In this document: in pieces, positions 55,670-64,000 of the stretch | Numbering within the stretch: the first letter of the stretch is position 1 | Layout of the letters: each line of letters opens with the position of its first letter | Origin: Candidatus Omnitrophota bacterium | Lineage (GTDB): Bacteria; Omnitrophota; Gorgyraeia; Zapsychrales; Fredricksoniimonadaceae | DNA length: 64,000 nt | Assembly (NCBI GenBank): GCA_028870995.1 | Contig: JAGWOI010000004.1 | Span: 17,578-81,577, forward strand | Direction of reading: 5' to 3' | Position numbers and translations under genes: made by a program | The notes under the pieces: generated by a model | The model's database searches: none | What the model was told of the DNA's origin: nothing | Seen by the model: the letters and a program-made list of their open reading frames with translations, nothing else

Positions 55670-56758
55670 ATGCGCCAGGAGAGAATCAATTTATCCATCA
55701 CTGTTTTGACCTTGATTTGCTTTGGCATCATCATGATTTATTCGGCCAGTTGTGTCAATGCCATGCAGACCTTCGGCGACAGCATGTATTTCCTTAAACG
55801 CCATCTGTTGTTTTTGACCCTGGGGCTGGTGGCGTCGTTTTTTATCATGCGCATGGATTACCGCCGGATACAACCTTTCGCCCGTCCTTTGATAGGCTTG
55901 TGCGTCCTTCTTTTGATTTTTGTCTTGATCCCCCATATCGGCAACGAAAGTTACGGCGCCCGCCGGTGGTTCAAGCTGGGCGTCTTCCATTTTCAGCCCT
56001 CGGAGCTCGCCAAACTGGCGCTGATCATCTATACGGCGGATTTCCTGCACCGTAAACAACACCTCGTCAGAAGTTTTAGGTATGGGTTCCTGCCGCCACT
56101 GATCGTCATGGGCATCTTATGCGCCTTGACCGTCAAGCAGCCGGATTTGGGCACGACTGTCGAAATGGCGGTCGTGACCCTCACGATGCTGTTCTTGGGT
56201 GGGGCAAGGCTTTGGCACTTGGGCCTGGTCTTCGGCTCCGCGGTGCCGGTATTGGTTTACCTTATCGTTAAAGAGCCCTACCGCATGGCACGCATCATTG
56301 CCTTTCTCGATCCCTGGCAGGACAGCCAGGGGATCGGCTTTCAATTGACCCAATCGCAGATCGCCCTGGGTTCCGGCGGCCTCTTCGGCGTGGGGCTGGG
56401 CCACAGCAAGCAGAAACTTTTTTACCTGCCGGCGGCACATACGGATTTCATCCTCTCCATCATCGGTGAAGAGCTGGGGCTTATCGGGACGCTGACCGTC
56501 ATCACCCTGTTTTGCCTTTTTATCTGGCAGGGTACCCGTATTGTGCGCCAGACCAACAATGCCTTCGGCTATTTTCTGGGGATGGGTATCGTCATGATGC
56601 TGGGCTTGCAGGCCATGGTTAATGTTGGCGTCAGTATCGGCGCCTTTCCCACCAAGGGCTTGCCGCTGCCGTTTATCAGCTACGGCGGCAGCGCTTTGAT
56701 CTTTCATTTGGCGGCCATTGCCTTGCTGTTGAACATTTCCAAGGTTGAGGACTACTGA
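55670..56758 (+). CDS. ftsW: Peptidoglycan glycosyltransferase FtsW
   Basis: GARRW, QPSELAK, QPDLG, LPAAHTDFI, PFISYGGS. Confidence 0.96.
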   Translation: MRQERINLSITVLTLICFGIIMIYSASCVNAMQTFGDSMYFLKRHLLFLTLGLVASFFIMRMDYRRIQPFARPLIGLCVLLLIFVLIPHIGNESYGARRWFKLGVFHFQPSELAKLALIIYTADFLHRKQHLVRSFRYGFLPPLIVMGILCALTVKQPDLGTTVEMAVVTLTMLFLGGARLWHLGLVFGSAVPVLVYLIVKEPYRMARIIAFLDPWQDSQGIGFQLTQSQIALGSGGLFGVGLGHSKQKLFYLPAAHTDFILSIIGEELGLIGTLTVITLFCLFIWQGTRIVRQTNNAFGYFLGMGIVMMLGLQAMVNVGVSIGAFPTKGLPLPFISYGGSALIFHLAAIALLLNISKVEDY

Positions 56759-57822
56759 TGAAGGTTTTAATCGCCACCGGCGGCACAGGCGGCCACATTT
56801 TTCCCGCCATCGAGACGGCCAAGGCCTTGAGGACCAGGGGCCATCAGGTGAGTTTTGCCGGTGTTTTGGGAAGCAACGAGGCCAAGATCAGGGAACTGGA
56901 TTTTCCGGTATTTGCGTTAAGTGCCCAGGGCCTGACCGATGTCACCTTCAAGGGCTGGCTTAAATTCGCCGGCATCATGGGCCAGGCGGTGTTCCGTTCC
57001 TTTAGCGTGGTGCGTAAATGCGCGCCGGACAAGATCATGGGTTTTGGCAGTTACGGCGCGTTTCCCGTCGTCATGGCCGGCGCCCTGATGCGCTATCCGG
57101 TGGTGATCCATGAGCAGAATGTGGTGCCCGGGCGCGCCAATGCCTTCCTGGCCAATATCGTGAGAAAGGTGGCGATCAGTTTTGAGAGCAGCAGGCAGTT
57201 TTTCGCGCCGGGTAAGGCCATTTGGACTGGGTGCCCTTGCCATTACAAGTCCCTGCCGTCGAAGGCCGAAGGGCTGCTGGCCTTTGACCTGAAGGAAAAT
57301 AAAAACACGCTTGTGCTGGTGGGGGGATCCCAGGGCAGCCAAAAGCTCAATGAGGTGTTCTTCGAAATGATGAAGGACATGCCGCCGGCCGATTTCCAGG
57401 CCATCCATATGACCGGCGTCAAGGAATTCGCCAAGTATGAGGCTCTTTATCATCAGGAGAGCCTGCCTGTCAAGGTTTGCGCCTTTATCGACAACATCAC
57501 CCATGCCTATGCCGCCGCGGACCTTGTCATCGCCCGGGCCGGGGCGGCCACCATCAACGAATTGGGGCTCCTGGGCATTGCCGCCGTGCTGGTACCGTAC
57601 CCCTTTGCCGGCAATCATCAAAAATACAATGCCCGCATCCTGGCGATGGCCGGCGCCGCGGCGCTCATCGAGCAGAGAGATTTGACCAAGGCTTCCCTGA
57701 AAGAAGCGGTGGCCCGCATGTTGTTTTCCAATTTCACGAGGGAGGATATCCTAAAAAAGACCAAAGGCTTGTTTCAGGCGGACGCGGCGCTGCAATTGGC
57801 GCTGGTGACAGAAGGGCTATGA
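56758..57822 (+). CDS. murG: Lipid II GlcNAc transferase
   Basis: GGTGGHIFP, HEQN, GGSQG, RAGA. Confidence 0.96.
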   Translation: MKVLIATGGTGGHIFPAIETAKALRTRGHQVSFAGVLGSNEAKIRELDFPVFALSAQGLTDVTFKGWLKFAGIMGQAVFRSFSVVRKCAPDKIMGFGSYGAFPVVMAGALMRYPVVIHEQNVVPGRANAFLANIVRKVAISFESSRQFFAPGKAIWTGCPCHYKSLPSKAEGLLAFDLKENKNTLVLVGGSQGSQKLNEVFFEMMKDMPPADFQAIHMTGVKEFAKYEALYHQESLPVKVCAFIDNITHAYAAADLVIARAGAATINELGLLGIAAVLVPYPFAGNHQKYNARILAMAGAAALIEQRDLTKASLKEAVARMLFSNFTREDILKKTKGLFQADAALQLALVTEGL

Positions 57823-57841
57823 AGAGCGGCAGAGGAGATCT

Positions 57842-58621
57842 GTGAAAATTATTCTTTTAACCGCGCTGGCCGTTTTGCTGGCCGACGTCTCATTTGCCGG
57901 TACGCCCCAGAGCGGCTGGCAGGTGATGAAGGGGCAGGATTTTGTCATTTATTACCGACAGGACGTGCCCAATGATTTTATCCAGACCACCATGGACACC
58001 GCCGAAGACGAATTAAGGGACGTGACGGACGACATGGGCATTATTGACGAGTCGCAGTGGGGGGACAAGCCGGTCAAGATTTACATTTATAGCAACCAGA
58101 GGGACTTTGTACAAAACGGCGGCCAGGCAGGCTGGTCGCACGGGGCGGCCTTTGCCAGGGCGCGTACCATCAAGGCCTACCCGGAAGCGTCGGGCTTTTT
58201 TGACAGCATCCTGCCGCATGAACTGGGGCATATTGTTTTCCGGGATGATATCGGATATACGGCGCAGGTGCCTTTGTGGTTCGAGGAGGGGGTGGCCATT
58301 TATCAGGAGAAGGCCAAGCGGCTGGGGTCGGATACGCTTGTGCGGGAGGCGTTAAAAAATGGCCAATTTATTCCTTTATCACAGCTGACAGGTATGCGAT
58401 TATATAAAAATACGGCCAACCAGGTGGTGGATGTCTTCTATACCGAATCGGCCAGTGTGGTCCATTATATGATCGAAGAATTGGGCCGGCGGGAATTTCT
58501 TATGCTTTGCGATGAGCTTAAGTCAGGCACGCCTTTCCAGACGGCCCTGCATAAAGTCTATCTAACATTCAGGACCATCGATGACTTAAACCAGGCATGG
58601 GTGGATTATTTACAAGGGTAA
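57842..58621 (+). CDS. Secreted MA-clan (gluzincin-like) zinc metallopeptidase
   Basis: Signal peptide, HELGH, PLWFEEG, FY.ES; SD GAGGAG with GTG start. Confidence 0.82.
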   Translation: MKIILLTALAVLLADVSFAGTPQSGWQVMKGQDFVIYYRQDVPNDFIQTTMDTAEDELRDVTDDMGIIDESQWGDKPVKIYIYSNQRDFVQNGGQAGWSHGAAFARARTIKAYPEASGFFDSILPHELGHIVFRDDIGYTAQVPLWFEEGVAIYQEKAKRLGSDTLVREALKNGQFIPLSQLTGMRLYKNTANQVVDVFYTESASVVHYMIEELGRREFLMLCDELKSGTPFQTALHKVYLTFRTIDDLNQAWVDYLQG

Positions 58622-58623
58622 TT

Positions 58624-60021
58624 ATGAGTAAACATTATCATTTGATCGGTATCGGCGGGATCGGGATGGGGACACTGGCGTCCTTGCTGTTGGACCAAGG
58701 GCATACCATCAGTGGTTCAGATGTGAAAGACAATGAAATGACCTCGGGGCTGCGCAAAAAGGGCGTGACCGTCGCCATAGGCCACAGTGCCGGCAATATC
58801 GCCAAGACCGTTGATTATGTGGTTTACTCATCGGCCATCCGTGTCACCAATCCTGAACTTTTCGAGGCGCATAGCCGTAATCTCCCCGTGCTGCAGCGCG
58901 CACAGGTGCTGGCCCAGCTGGCCAACCAGCAGCTGCCCATCACCATCGCCGGCGCACATGGGAAAACAACGACGACCTCCATGGTCTCGAGCCTCCTTAT
59001 CAACGCGGGCCTCAAACCCACCACGGCCATCGGCGGCATCATCAACGGCACGACCGCCTACAATGCCAACCTGGGGGAAGGCAAATATTTCGTGGCGGAA
59101 GTGGACGAAAGCGACGGCACCTTTCTTTATTTCAACCCGCAATATTCCATCATCACCAACATGGATTTCGAGCACGTCGATTTTTATAAAAACTGGGATG
59201 GGATCACTCAGGCCTATGGCCGGTTCATCAGCGGCACCCGGCCGCAGGGCTGCCTGATCGTTTGCGGGGAAGACAAACGGCTGACCGAGCTGGCCCGCGG
59301 GCAGAAGGCCGGCCTTATCACCTATGGCTTGAGCAGCGATTATGATGTTTTCGCCACGGACATGGTTTCCGACGGATTTCAATCCTCTTTTTGCGCTCAT
59401 GCCCGTCAGGCCCCAGTGGGCGCCTTCGAACTGAATGTCCCTGGCCGGCATAATATTTTGAATGCCCTGGCGTGTATCAGCTTAGGGCTGGAGCTTGGTG
59501 TCCCTTATGAGGTCATGTTCAGGACGCTGAAGAATTTCACCGGCGTCAAGCGCCGCTTTCAATTAAAGGGCAAAGCGGACGGGATCATGGTGATTGATGA
59601 TTATGGCCATCATCCCACGGAAATCGCCGCAACGTTGAATGCCGCCAGGCTGTTTGCGCCCAAGCGCCTTATCACCGTGTTCCAGCCCCACCGGTATTCA
59701 AGGACAAAGTTCCTGCTGAATGAATTTGCCGCCGCCTTGGGGCTTACGGATGAGCTGGTCCTGACCGATGTTTATGCGGCCAGCGAGAAAATCGGCGAGG
59801 GGGTAGGCACCGGCGCCCTGCTCGAGAAGCTGCAAGGTGCTCTGGGGGAGAGGGTCATTTACTTAAAAAAGGAAGATATTGTAAAACATGTGCAGGATCA
59901 TGTCCGTCCCGGTGATCTGGTGATTTTCTTGGGGGCGGGGGATATTTATCATCTTTCGGATGAATTGGTTAAAAACTTGGAAACCCCGCGCAAAGCTGGG
60001 GCGGTGGAAAGGGTTTTATGA
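58624..60021 (+). CDS. murC: UDP-MurNAc--L-Ala ligase
   Basis: GIGGIGM, GAHGKTTT, DESDG, DDYGHHPTE, FQPHRYSRT. Confidence 0.97.
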   Translation: MSKHYHLIGIGGIGMGTLASLLLDQGHTISGSDVKDNEMTSGLRKKGVTVAIGHSAGNIAKTVDYVVYSSAIRVTNPELFEAHSRNLPVLQRAQVLAQLANQQLPITIAGAHGKTTTTSMVSSLLINAGLKPTTAIGGIINGTTAYNANLGEGKYFVAEVDESDGTFLYFNPQYSIITNMDFEHVDFYKNWDGITQAYGRFISGTRPQGCLIVCGEDKRLTELARGQKAGLITYGLSSDYDVFATDMVSDGFQSSFCAHARQAPVGAFELNVPGRHNILNALACISLGLELGVPYEVMFRTLKNFTGVKRRFQLKGKADGIMVIDDYGHHPTEIAATLNAARLFAPKRLITVFQPHRYSRTKFLLNEFAAALGLTDELVLTDVYAASEKIGEGVGTGALLEKLQGALGERVIYLKKEDIVKHVQDHVRPGDLVIFLGAGDIYHLSDELVKNLETPRKAGAVERVL

Positions 60022-60968
60022 GTTCTCGTCAGTTCGGCAATATAGGTGTATTGATGGGCGGTTATTCCTCAGAACGGGAAATTTCCCTGCGTTCGGGCCA
60101 GGCTGTGGCTGAAGCGTTGTCCCAGGAAGGTTACCGGGTGGTGCCGCTGGACATCACCGCCAACGATAGCCCCAAGATCATCCAGCAAATCCAGAAAGCG
60201 CCTTTGGATGTGGCATTTATCGCCCTGCACGGCCGTCTGGGGGAAGACGGTACCATCCAGGACATCCTGGAAAAATTGGATATCCCTTATACCGGCTGCG
60301 GGGTGAAGGCCAGCCAAACGGCTTTTAATAAAATCCTTACCCAGAAGGCGCTGGCTGCCGCGGGCCTGCCGGTGCCGGTGCATTATTGCATCACCGATGG
60401 TAAAGTGGTGGATTTCAAGGGCGCCTGGAACCATATTAAATCAACACCCATGGTGGTCAAGCCGGCCTGCGAAGGCTCGAGCATCGGCGTGCATATGGTG
60501 CGCCATCCTTCCGAGTGGGAACCGGCTTTCAAGAACGCCTTGAATTACGGGCCGCAGATCATTATCGAGCAATTCATCAGGGGCCGGGAATTCACCGCCG
60601 GCATTTTCGACCGGGAATGCCTGCCGCTGGTGGAGATCTGCCCCAATGCCACTTTTTTTAATTTTACCGCCAAATACCAAAAGGGCGCCACCCAGTATGT
60701 ATGCCCTGCGGTCATCGATGAGGGGCTGGCAGGTAAAATCAAGGCGATGTCCCTGGCCGCCGCCGAGGTGCTGGGGTGCCAGGAGTTTTGCCGGGTGGAC
60801 CTGCGGGTGGACGATAACCGGCAGCCTTTCATCCTTGAGATCAATACCATTCCGGGGTTTACGGGAACAAGCCTTTTTCCCAAGGCGGCCAAGGAAGCCG
60901 GGTATAGTTTTGTGCAGGTCTGCGAGAAACTTCTGGATTTGGCCTATGGCAAAAAAGTCAAGCGTTAA
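60018..60968 (+). CDS. ddl: D-Ala--D-Ala ligase
   Basis: GGYSSEREISL, LHG..GEDG, GSSIG, EINTIPG. Confidence 0.96.
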   Translation: MSSRQFGNIGVLMGGYSSEREISLRSGQAVAEALSQEGYRVVPLDITANDSPKIIQQIQKAPLDVAFIALHGRLGEDGTIQDILEKLDIPYTGCGVKASQTAFNKILTQKALAAAGLPVPVHYCITDGKVVDFKGAWNHIKSTPMVVKPACEGSSIGVHMVRHPSEWEPAFKNALNYGPQIIIEQFIRGREFTAGIFDRECLPLVEICPNATFFNFTAKYQKGATQYVCPAVIDEGLAGKIKAMSLAAAEVLGCQEFCRVDLRVDDNRQPFILEINTIPGFTGTSLFPKAAKEAGYSFVQVCEKLLDLAYGKKVKR

Positions 60969-61713
60969 TATCTCACCCATCGCGATCATCCGCGTTATTG
61001 TCTTTTTATTTATCGGTTTCGTTGTATTCACCGGCTATGTCAACGCCGTTGATTTTCTCACCAGCTCTCCCTTGTTTTCCGTTAAGGACGTGCTTATCGA
61101 CCGTTCCATCCAGTTTATCGACCTGCGGACGCTCAGGGAGATCCCCGGCACCAATATATTCGAGGTGGATATCAATAAGCTTGACCGTCAGATACGCCGC
61201 CGCTATCCTTATATCGCCGAGTTAAGGGTGGTGCGCCAGCTGCCGGACCGCATCCTGGTCCTGGCCAAGCAACGTGAGGCGCTGATGCAGATTTATTATA
61301 AGAAAAAGTATTTGCAGCTGGACACCGAGGGGGTGGCTTTATATTATACCCTGCAGCCGGCCGAGGTGCCCTTGGTTTTCGGGGTTCCTGTCGATAATTC
61401 ACTGTTCTTGGGCGGGACCGTTCGCGGGGCGAGCTTAAAAAAAGTAGTGAAGATTCTCAACATCTTCAAGCGTTCTCCCTACCTGAAACGCTGGCGCATT
61501 CACGCCGTCCAGGCGGGTAACCTGGCGAAAATAGACCTTTCTGTAGGAGAGAGCATGCATGTGATCCTTGATCAGGACAATACCGAGGAAAAGATCGGGC
61601 TGCTGCAGATGCTGGTGGCCTCGAACAAGCTCGATTTGAACAAGGTCAAATACATTGATTTGAGGTTTCATGAGCCCATCATCGCCAACAACGAGGAAGG
61701 CAAGGAAAAATAA
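60946..61713 (+). CDS. ftsQ: Cell division protein FtsQ/DivIB
   Basis: TM, POTRA-like region (RQLPD), YIDLRF; between ddl and ftsA. Confidence 0.85.
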   Translation: MAKKSSVNISPIAIIRVIVFLFIGFVVFTGYVNAVDFLTSSPLFSVKDVLIDRSIQFIDLRTLREIPGTNIFEVDINKLDRQIRRRYPYIAELRVVRQLPDRILVLAKQREALMQIYYKKKYLQLDTEGVALYYTLQPAEVPLVFGVPVDNSLFLGGTVRGASLKKVVKILNIFKRSPYLKRWRIHAVQAGNLAKIDLSVGESMHVILDQDNTEEKIGLLQMLVASNKLDLNKVKYIDLRFHEPIIANNEEGKEK

Positions 61714-61715
61714 GG

Positions 61716-62948
61716 ATGTTTAGGAAAATGGCACAGACACAATATTTTTGCGGATTGGATTTGGGCACCCATACCCTGAAGGCTGGCATCATCTGCGCCA
61801 AGGACGAGGAGAATCTGGACCTGATGGGCGTCTTCGAGACCAGGGCCACGGGTTTCAAAGAAGCCTCCATCAGCGATATCGCCGAGCTGTCGGATTGTAT
61901 CCAGCATGTCATGCAGGGGGTGATGCAGAAGACCGGCATCAAGGTTCACGCCGTCCAGCTGGGGATCAGCGGCAGCTTTCTGGCTGTCCGGCGCAGTTCG
62001 GCCATCATTCCGCTGATCGACAGCGGCACCAAGGTGGTCTCCGCCTTTGATTTGCGCAAGGTGGATCACCAGGCCAAATTGCTGGGCGTCAACCTGGACG
62101 AGGACATTATCCATGATTTTCCGCAGTGGTACAGGGTCGATGACGTCAATACGTCCGCCAATCCGGCCGGGTTGGTGGGCCGGAAGATTGAATCCAGCCT
62201 TTTATTGTTGACGGCGCAAGCCTTGCGCCTGCGCAACTTGACCAAGGCCGTGCACCAGGCGGGCTTCGAGGTCAACAGTGTCGCCTTTAGCGGGTTTGCC
62301 GCGGGCGACGTTGCCGTTGACAAGGAAGATAAGACACAGGGCTGTGCCCTGGTGGATATCGGCGCCAACATCACCTCGGTGATTTTCTTCAAGAACGGCA
62401 TCGTGGGCGATGTGCAATTCATTCCCTGGGGCGGCAACTACATCACCCAAACGATCGCTGAGCGCTTAAGCCTTACTGTTGATTTGGCCGAGGAGATCAA
62501 AAAGACACAAGGCCAGGCCAGCCAGTCCGATCCCAAGGAGGTTTCCGGAGAAATCCTGGTTAAGCGTGAAAAGGGTTATATGCCCATCCGCCGGGAGGCT
62601 GTTTGCGAGGCGGTCAACTGGGAGATCGAAAATTTCCTGACCCATTTGGAGGCCGTGGTGAAGGGGTCGAATCTTTATTACCAATTGAACAAGGGGATCG
62701 TGATGGTGGGCGGGGGCTCGTTATTGACGGGTGCCATTGAGCGCATCGAAGAGCGGGTCAACCGTCCGGTGCGCATGGGGGCCTCGACACCGGGCTTGAA
62801 CAACGCGCCGGTCTATGCGGCGGCCATAGGCCTCGGCCGGATGCATTATTTGAAAAAGAAGCAGGAGTCTTTGAACATCAAGACCCCCGCGGCGTTCAAG
62901 GACAAGATCGTCAACAGCGTCAGAGAATTGTGCCAGGAATATTTTTAA
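61716..62948 (+). CDS. ftsA: Cell division protein FtsA
   Basis: GLDLGT, LVDIGA, GG..IT, AEEIKK, C-terminal amphipathic helix. Confidence 0.9.
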   Translation: MFRKMAQTQYFCGLDLGTHTLKAGIICAKDEENLDLMGVFETRATGFKEASISDIAELSDCIQHVMQGVMQKTGIKVHAVQLGISGSFLAVRRSSAIIPLIDSGTKVVSAFDLRKVDHQAKLLGVNLDEDIIHDFPQWYRVDDVNTSANPAGLVGRKIESSLLLLTAQALRLRNLTKAVHQAGFEVNSVAFSGFAAGDVAVDKEDKTQGCALVDIGANITSVIFFKNGIVGDVQFIPWGGNYITQTIAERLSLTVDLAEEIKKTQGQASQSDPKEVSGEILVKREKGYMPIRREAVCEAVNWEIENFLTHLEAVVKGSNLYYQLNKGIVMVGGGSLLTGAIERIEERVNRPVRMGASTPGLNNAPVYAAAIGLGRMHYLKKKQESLNIKTPAAFKDKIVNSVRELCQEYF

Positions 62949-63316
62949 TAATCCTTGTCTTCGCGGGCGGGTTTTTGGTCGAAGCGGCGTTTGCTTAAGT
63001 TAAATTCGATGTTCCTGATGGCGCTGCGGATCCTGGAATTATGGCTGATGAGGTTTAAGACGCCAAGGGCTATCAATATCAGGAGCATGACGGTGAGGAT
63101 CATGGCGTAGCTTTGGATCAGCAGCAGTTGGGCGATGACATCGTTTTTGGGGACATCGAAGCTGGAATAGATCGTTTTAAGGCCGATGCCGAAGCCCAGG
63201 ATGAAAATAATGATGAGGATGACCTGGAAGAAAATGATGTAAAAATGCCGTCCCATCCACTGGCCGGCGCGGTTGTCCCATTGCCTTATCTTGGAAAGCA
63301 ACTCATTTTGTCCCAT
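62945..63316 (-). CDS. Hypothetical two-TM membrane protein
   Basis: Two hydrophobic helices; convergent with and overlapping the ftsA stop. Confidence 0.7.
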   Translation of the reverse strand: MGQNELLSKIRQWDNRAGQWMGRHFYIIFFQVILIIIFILGFGIGLKTIYSSFDVPKNDVIAQLLLIQSYAMILTVMLLILIALGVLNLISHNSRIRSAIRNIEFNLSKRRFDQKPAREDKDY

Positions 63317-63366
63317 AGGATTCTTTTATTTTAGGGAGACAGAAGGCTGTTGCCAAGGGTTTTTTT

Positions 63367-63876
63367 ATGAATATGGCCCGTATTTTTTATTGGCTCTTCT
63401 TAAGTTTGTCCCTCTTTTCCGGATGCATCACGGCGCCTGGCGTCAACGGCACCCTCGGTTACAGCCAGGAAAGGCGGGTGGTGATCGTCGGAGAAAAAGT
63501 TTCCCCCAGCATCGCCGCCTTTTATCAGCGCAAGTACAACGCGCCGGTCTGGTTTACGCCCACCCGGGGCTTGCTCAAGGATTCCGCCGAGGTTGTCCTT
63601 AAAGGCTTCGGGCCTTCCCAGGCCATGCGTTCCCTGATCAATGAGCTGGAAAGCATTAATTATACCACCGGACGCTGGGAGATCATTGTGCCGGGCCTGG
63701 CCGAGGGGTATTTCCTGGATACGCTGAAGAACATGGGCGACGGGGCCTTGGCACATGCCCGCGGCGACTTCGTGCTGATCGACTCCAACGGCAACAAGGA
63801 GGTCGAGGCCCAGGTGGCGCGGGTGACCAACGAGAGTTTTTTTGTGACGTACGAATTCCGCAAGTATGACATTTAG
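63367..63876 (+). CDS. Hypothetical lipoprotein
   Basis: Lipobox FSGC after a hydrophobic N-terminus. Confidence 0.7.
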   Translation: MNMARIFYWLFLSLSLFSGCITAPGVNGTLGYSQERRVVIVGEKVSPSIAAFYQRKYNAPVWFTPTRGLLKDSAEVVLKGFGPSQAMRSLINELESINYTTGRWEIIVPGLAEGYFLDTLKNMGDGALAHARGDFVLIDSNGNKEVEAQVARVTNESFFVTYEFRKYDI

Positions 63877-63913
63877 CGGAAGACCTCTGAAAATCATTTC
63901 TCAACCATGTCAC

Positions 63914-63936
63914 ACCAGCCGTTGGCTGGTTTTTTT
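63914..63936 (+). terminator. Rho-independent terminator
   Basis: ACCAGCC-GTT-GGCTGGT followed by a T tract. Confidence 0.7.
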
Positions 63937-63983
63937 AATTTATGGTAATATAGTCTCAATTCTGATTGGTTTATGGAAAATCT

Positions 63984-64000
63984 GCGCCTGTAGCTCAACT
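63984..64000 (+). tRNA. 5' fragment of a tRNA cut by the window edge (Arg-like start; anticodon not visible)
   Basis: GCGCCTG-TAGCTCAACT matches acceptor strand plus D-arm start. Confidence 0.6.

Noticed and set aside
60646-60945. N-terminal extensions in the ORF track (ftsQ, also parA, pstA, mraZ, nusB, pgpA, rpsO, 21487)
   Set aside because: They overlap upstream genes or promoters; downstream starts fit SD position and family length

Overview
Chromosomal core-genome segment, almost entirely on the + strand, of a Gram-negative bacterium. It is most consistent with Candidatus Omnitrophota (OP3, PVC superphylum); this is inferred from a 2,915-aa giant protein whose N-terminal domain and C-terminal GGIDL motif I recall from that phylum, not from a database search. 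Contents in order: (1) a phosphate cluster (SlyD-like PPIase, CBS protein, DUF47, Pit, giant gene, porin, pstSCAB-phoU); (2) a beta-barrel OMP, a membrane-anchored CBM-like protein, a ParA-CBM48 fusion and several small proteins; (3) rpsO-pnp-ftsK-rodZ-rimO-pgsA-pgpA; (4) a riboflavin operon with nusB/PHP, then fabZ, a His-rich secreted peptide and tRNA-Pro(CGG); (5) acyP-ligA-xerD-tRNA nucleotidyltransferase-rbfA-nrnA-truB-ribF; (6) a dcw cluster from mraZ to ftsA lacking murB and ftsZ, then the start of a tRNA at the edge. The leading candidate for a new system is the giant gene: it appears to fuse two membrane-fusion-protein modules and a TolC-like module with membrane and putative enzymatic parts, and its promoter has the same triple 11-bp-repeat (Pho-box-like) layout as the pst promoter. 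Also notable: a Pho-like promoter/hairpin/23-aa ORF unit, a ParA fused to a glycogen-binding domain, and a family of short GGGGACWGTCCCC palindromes, some inside coding frames. All domain calls are motif recognition by eye; no searches were run.
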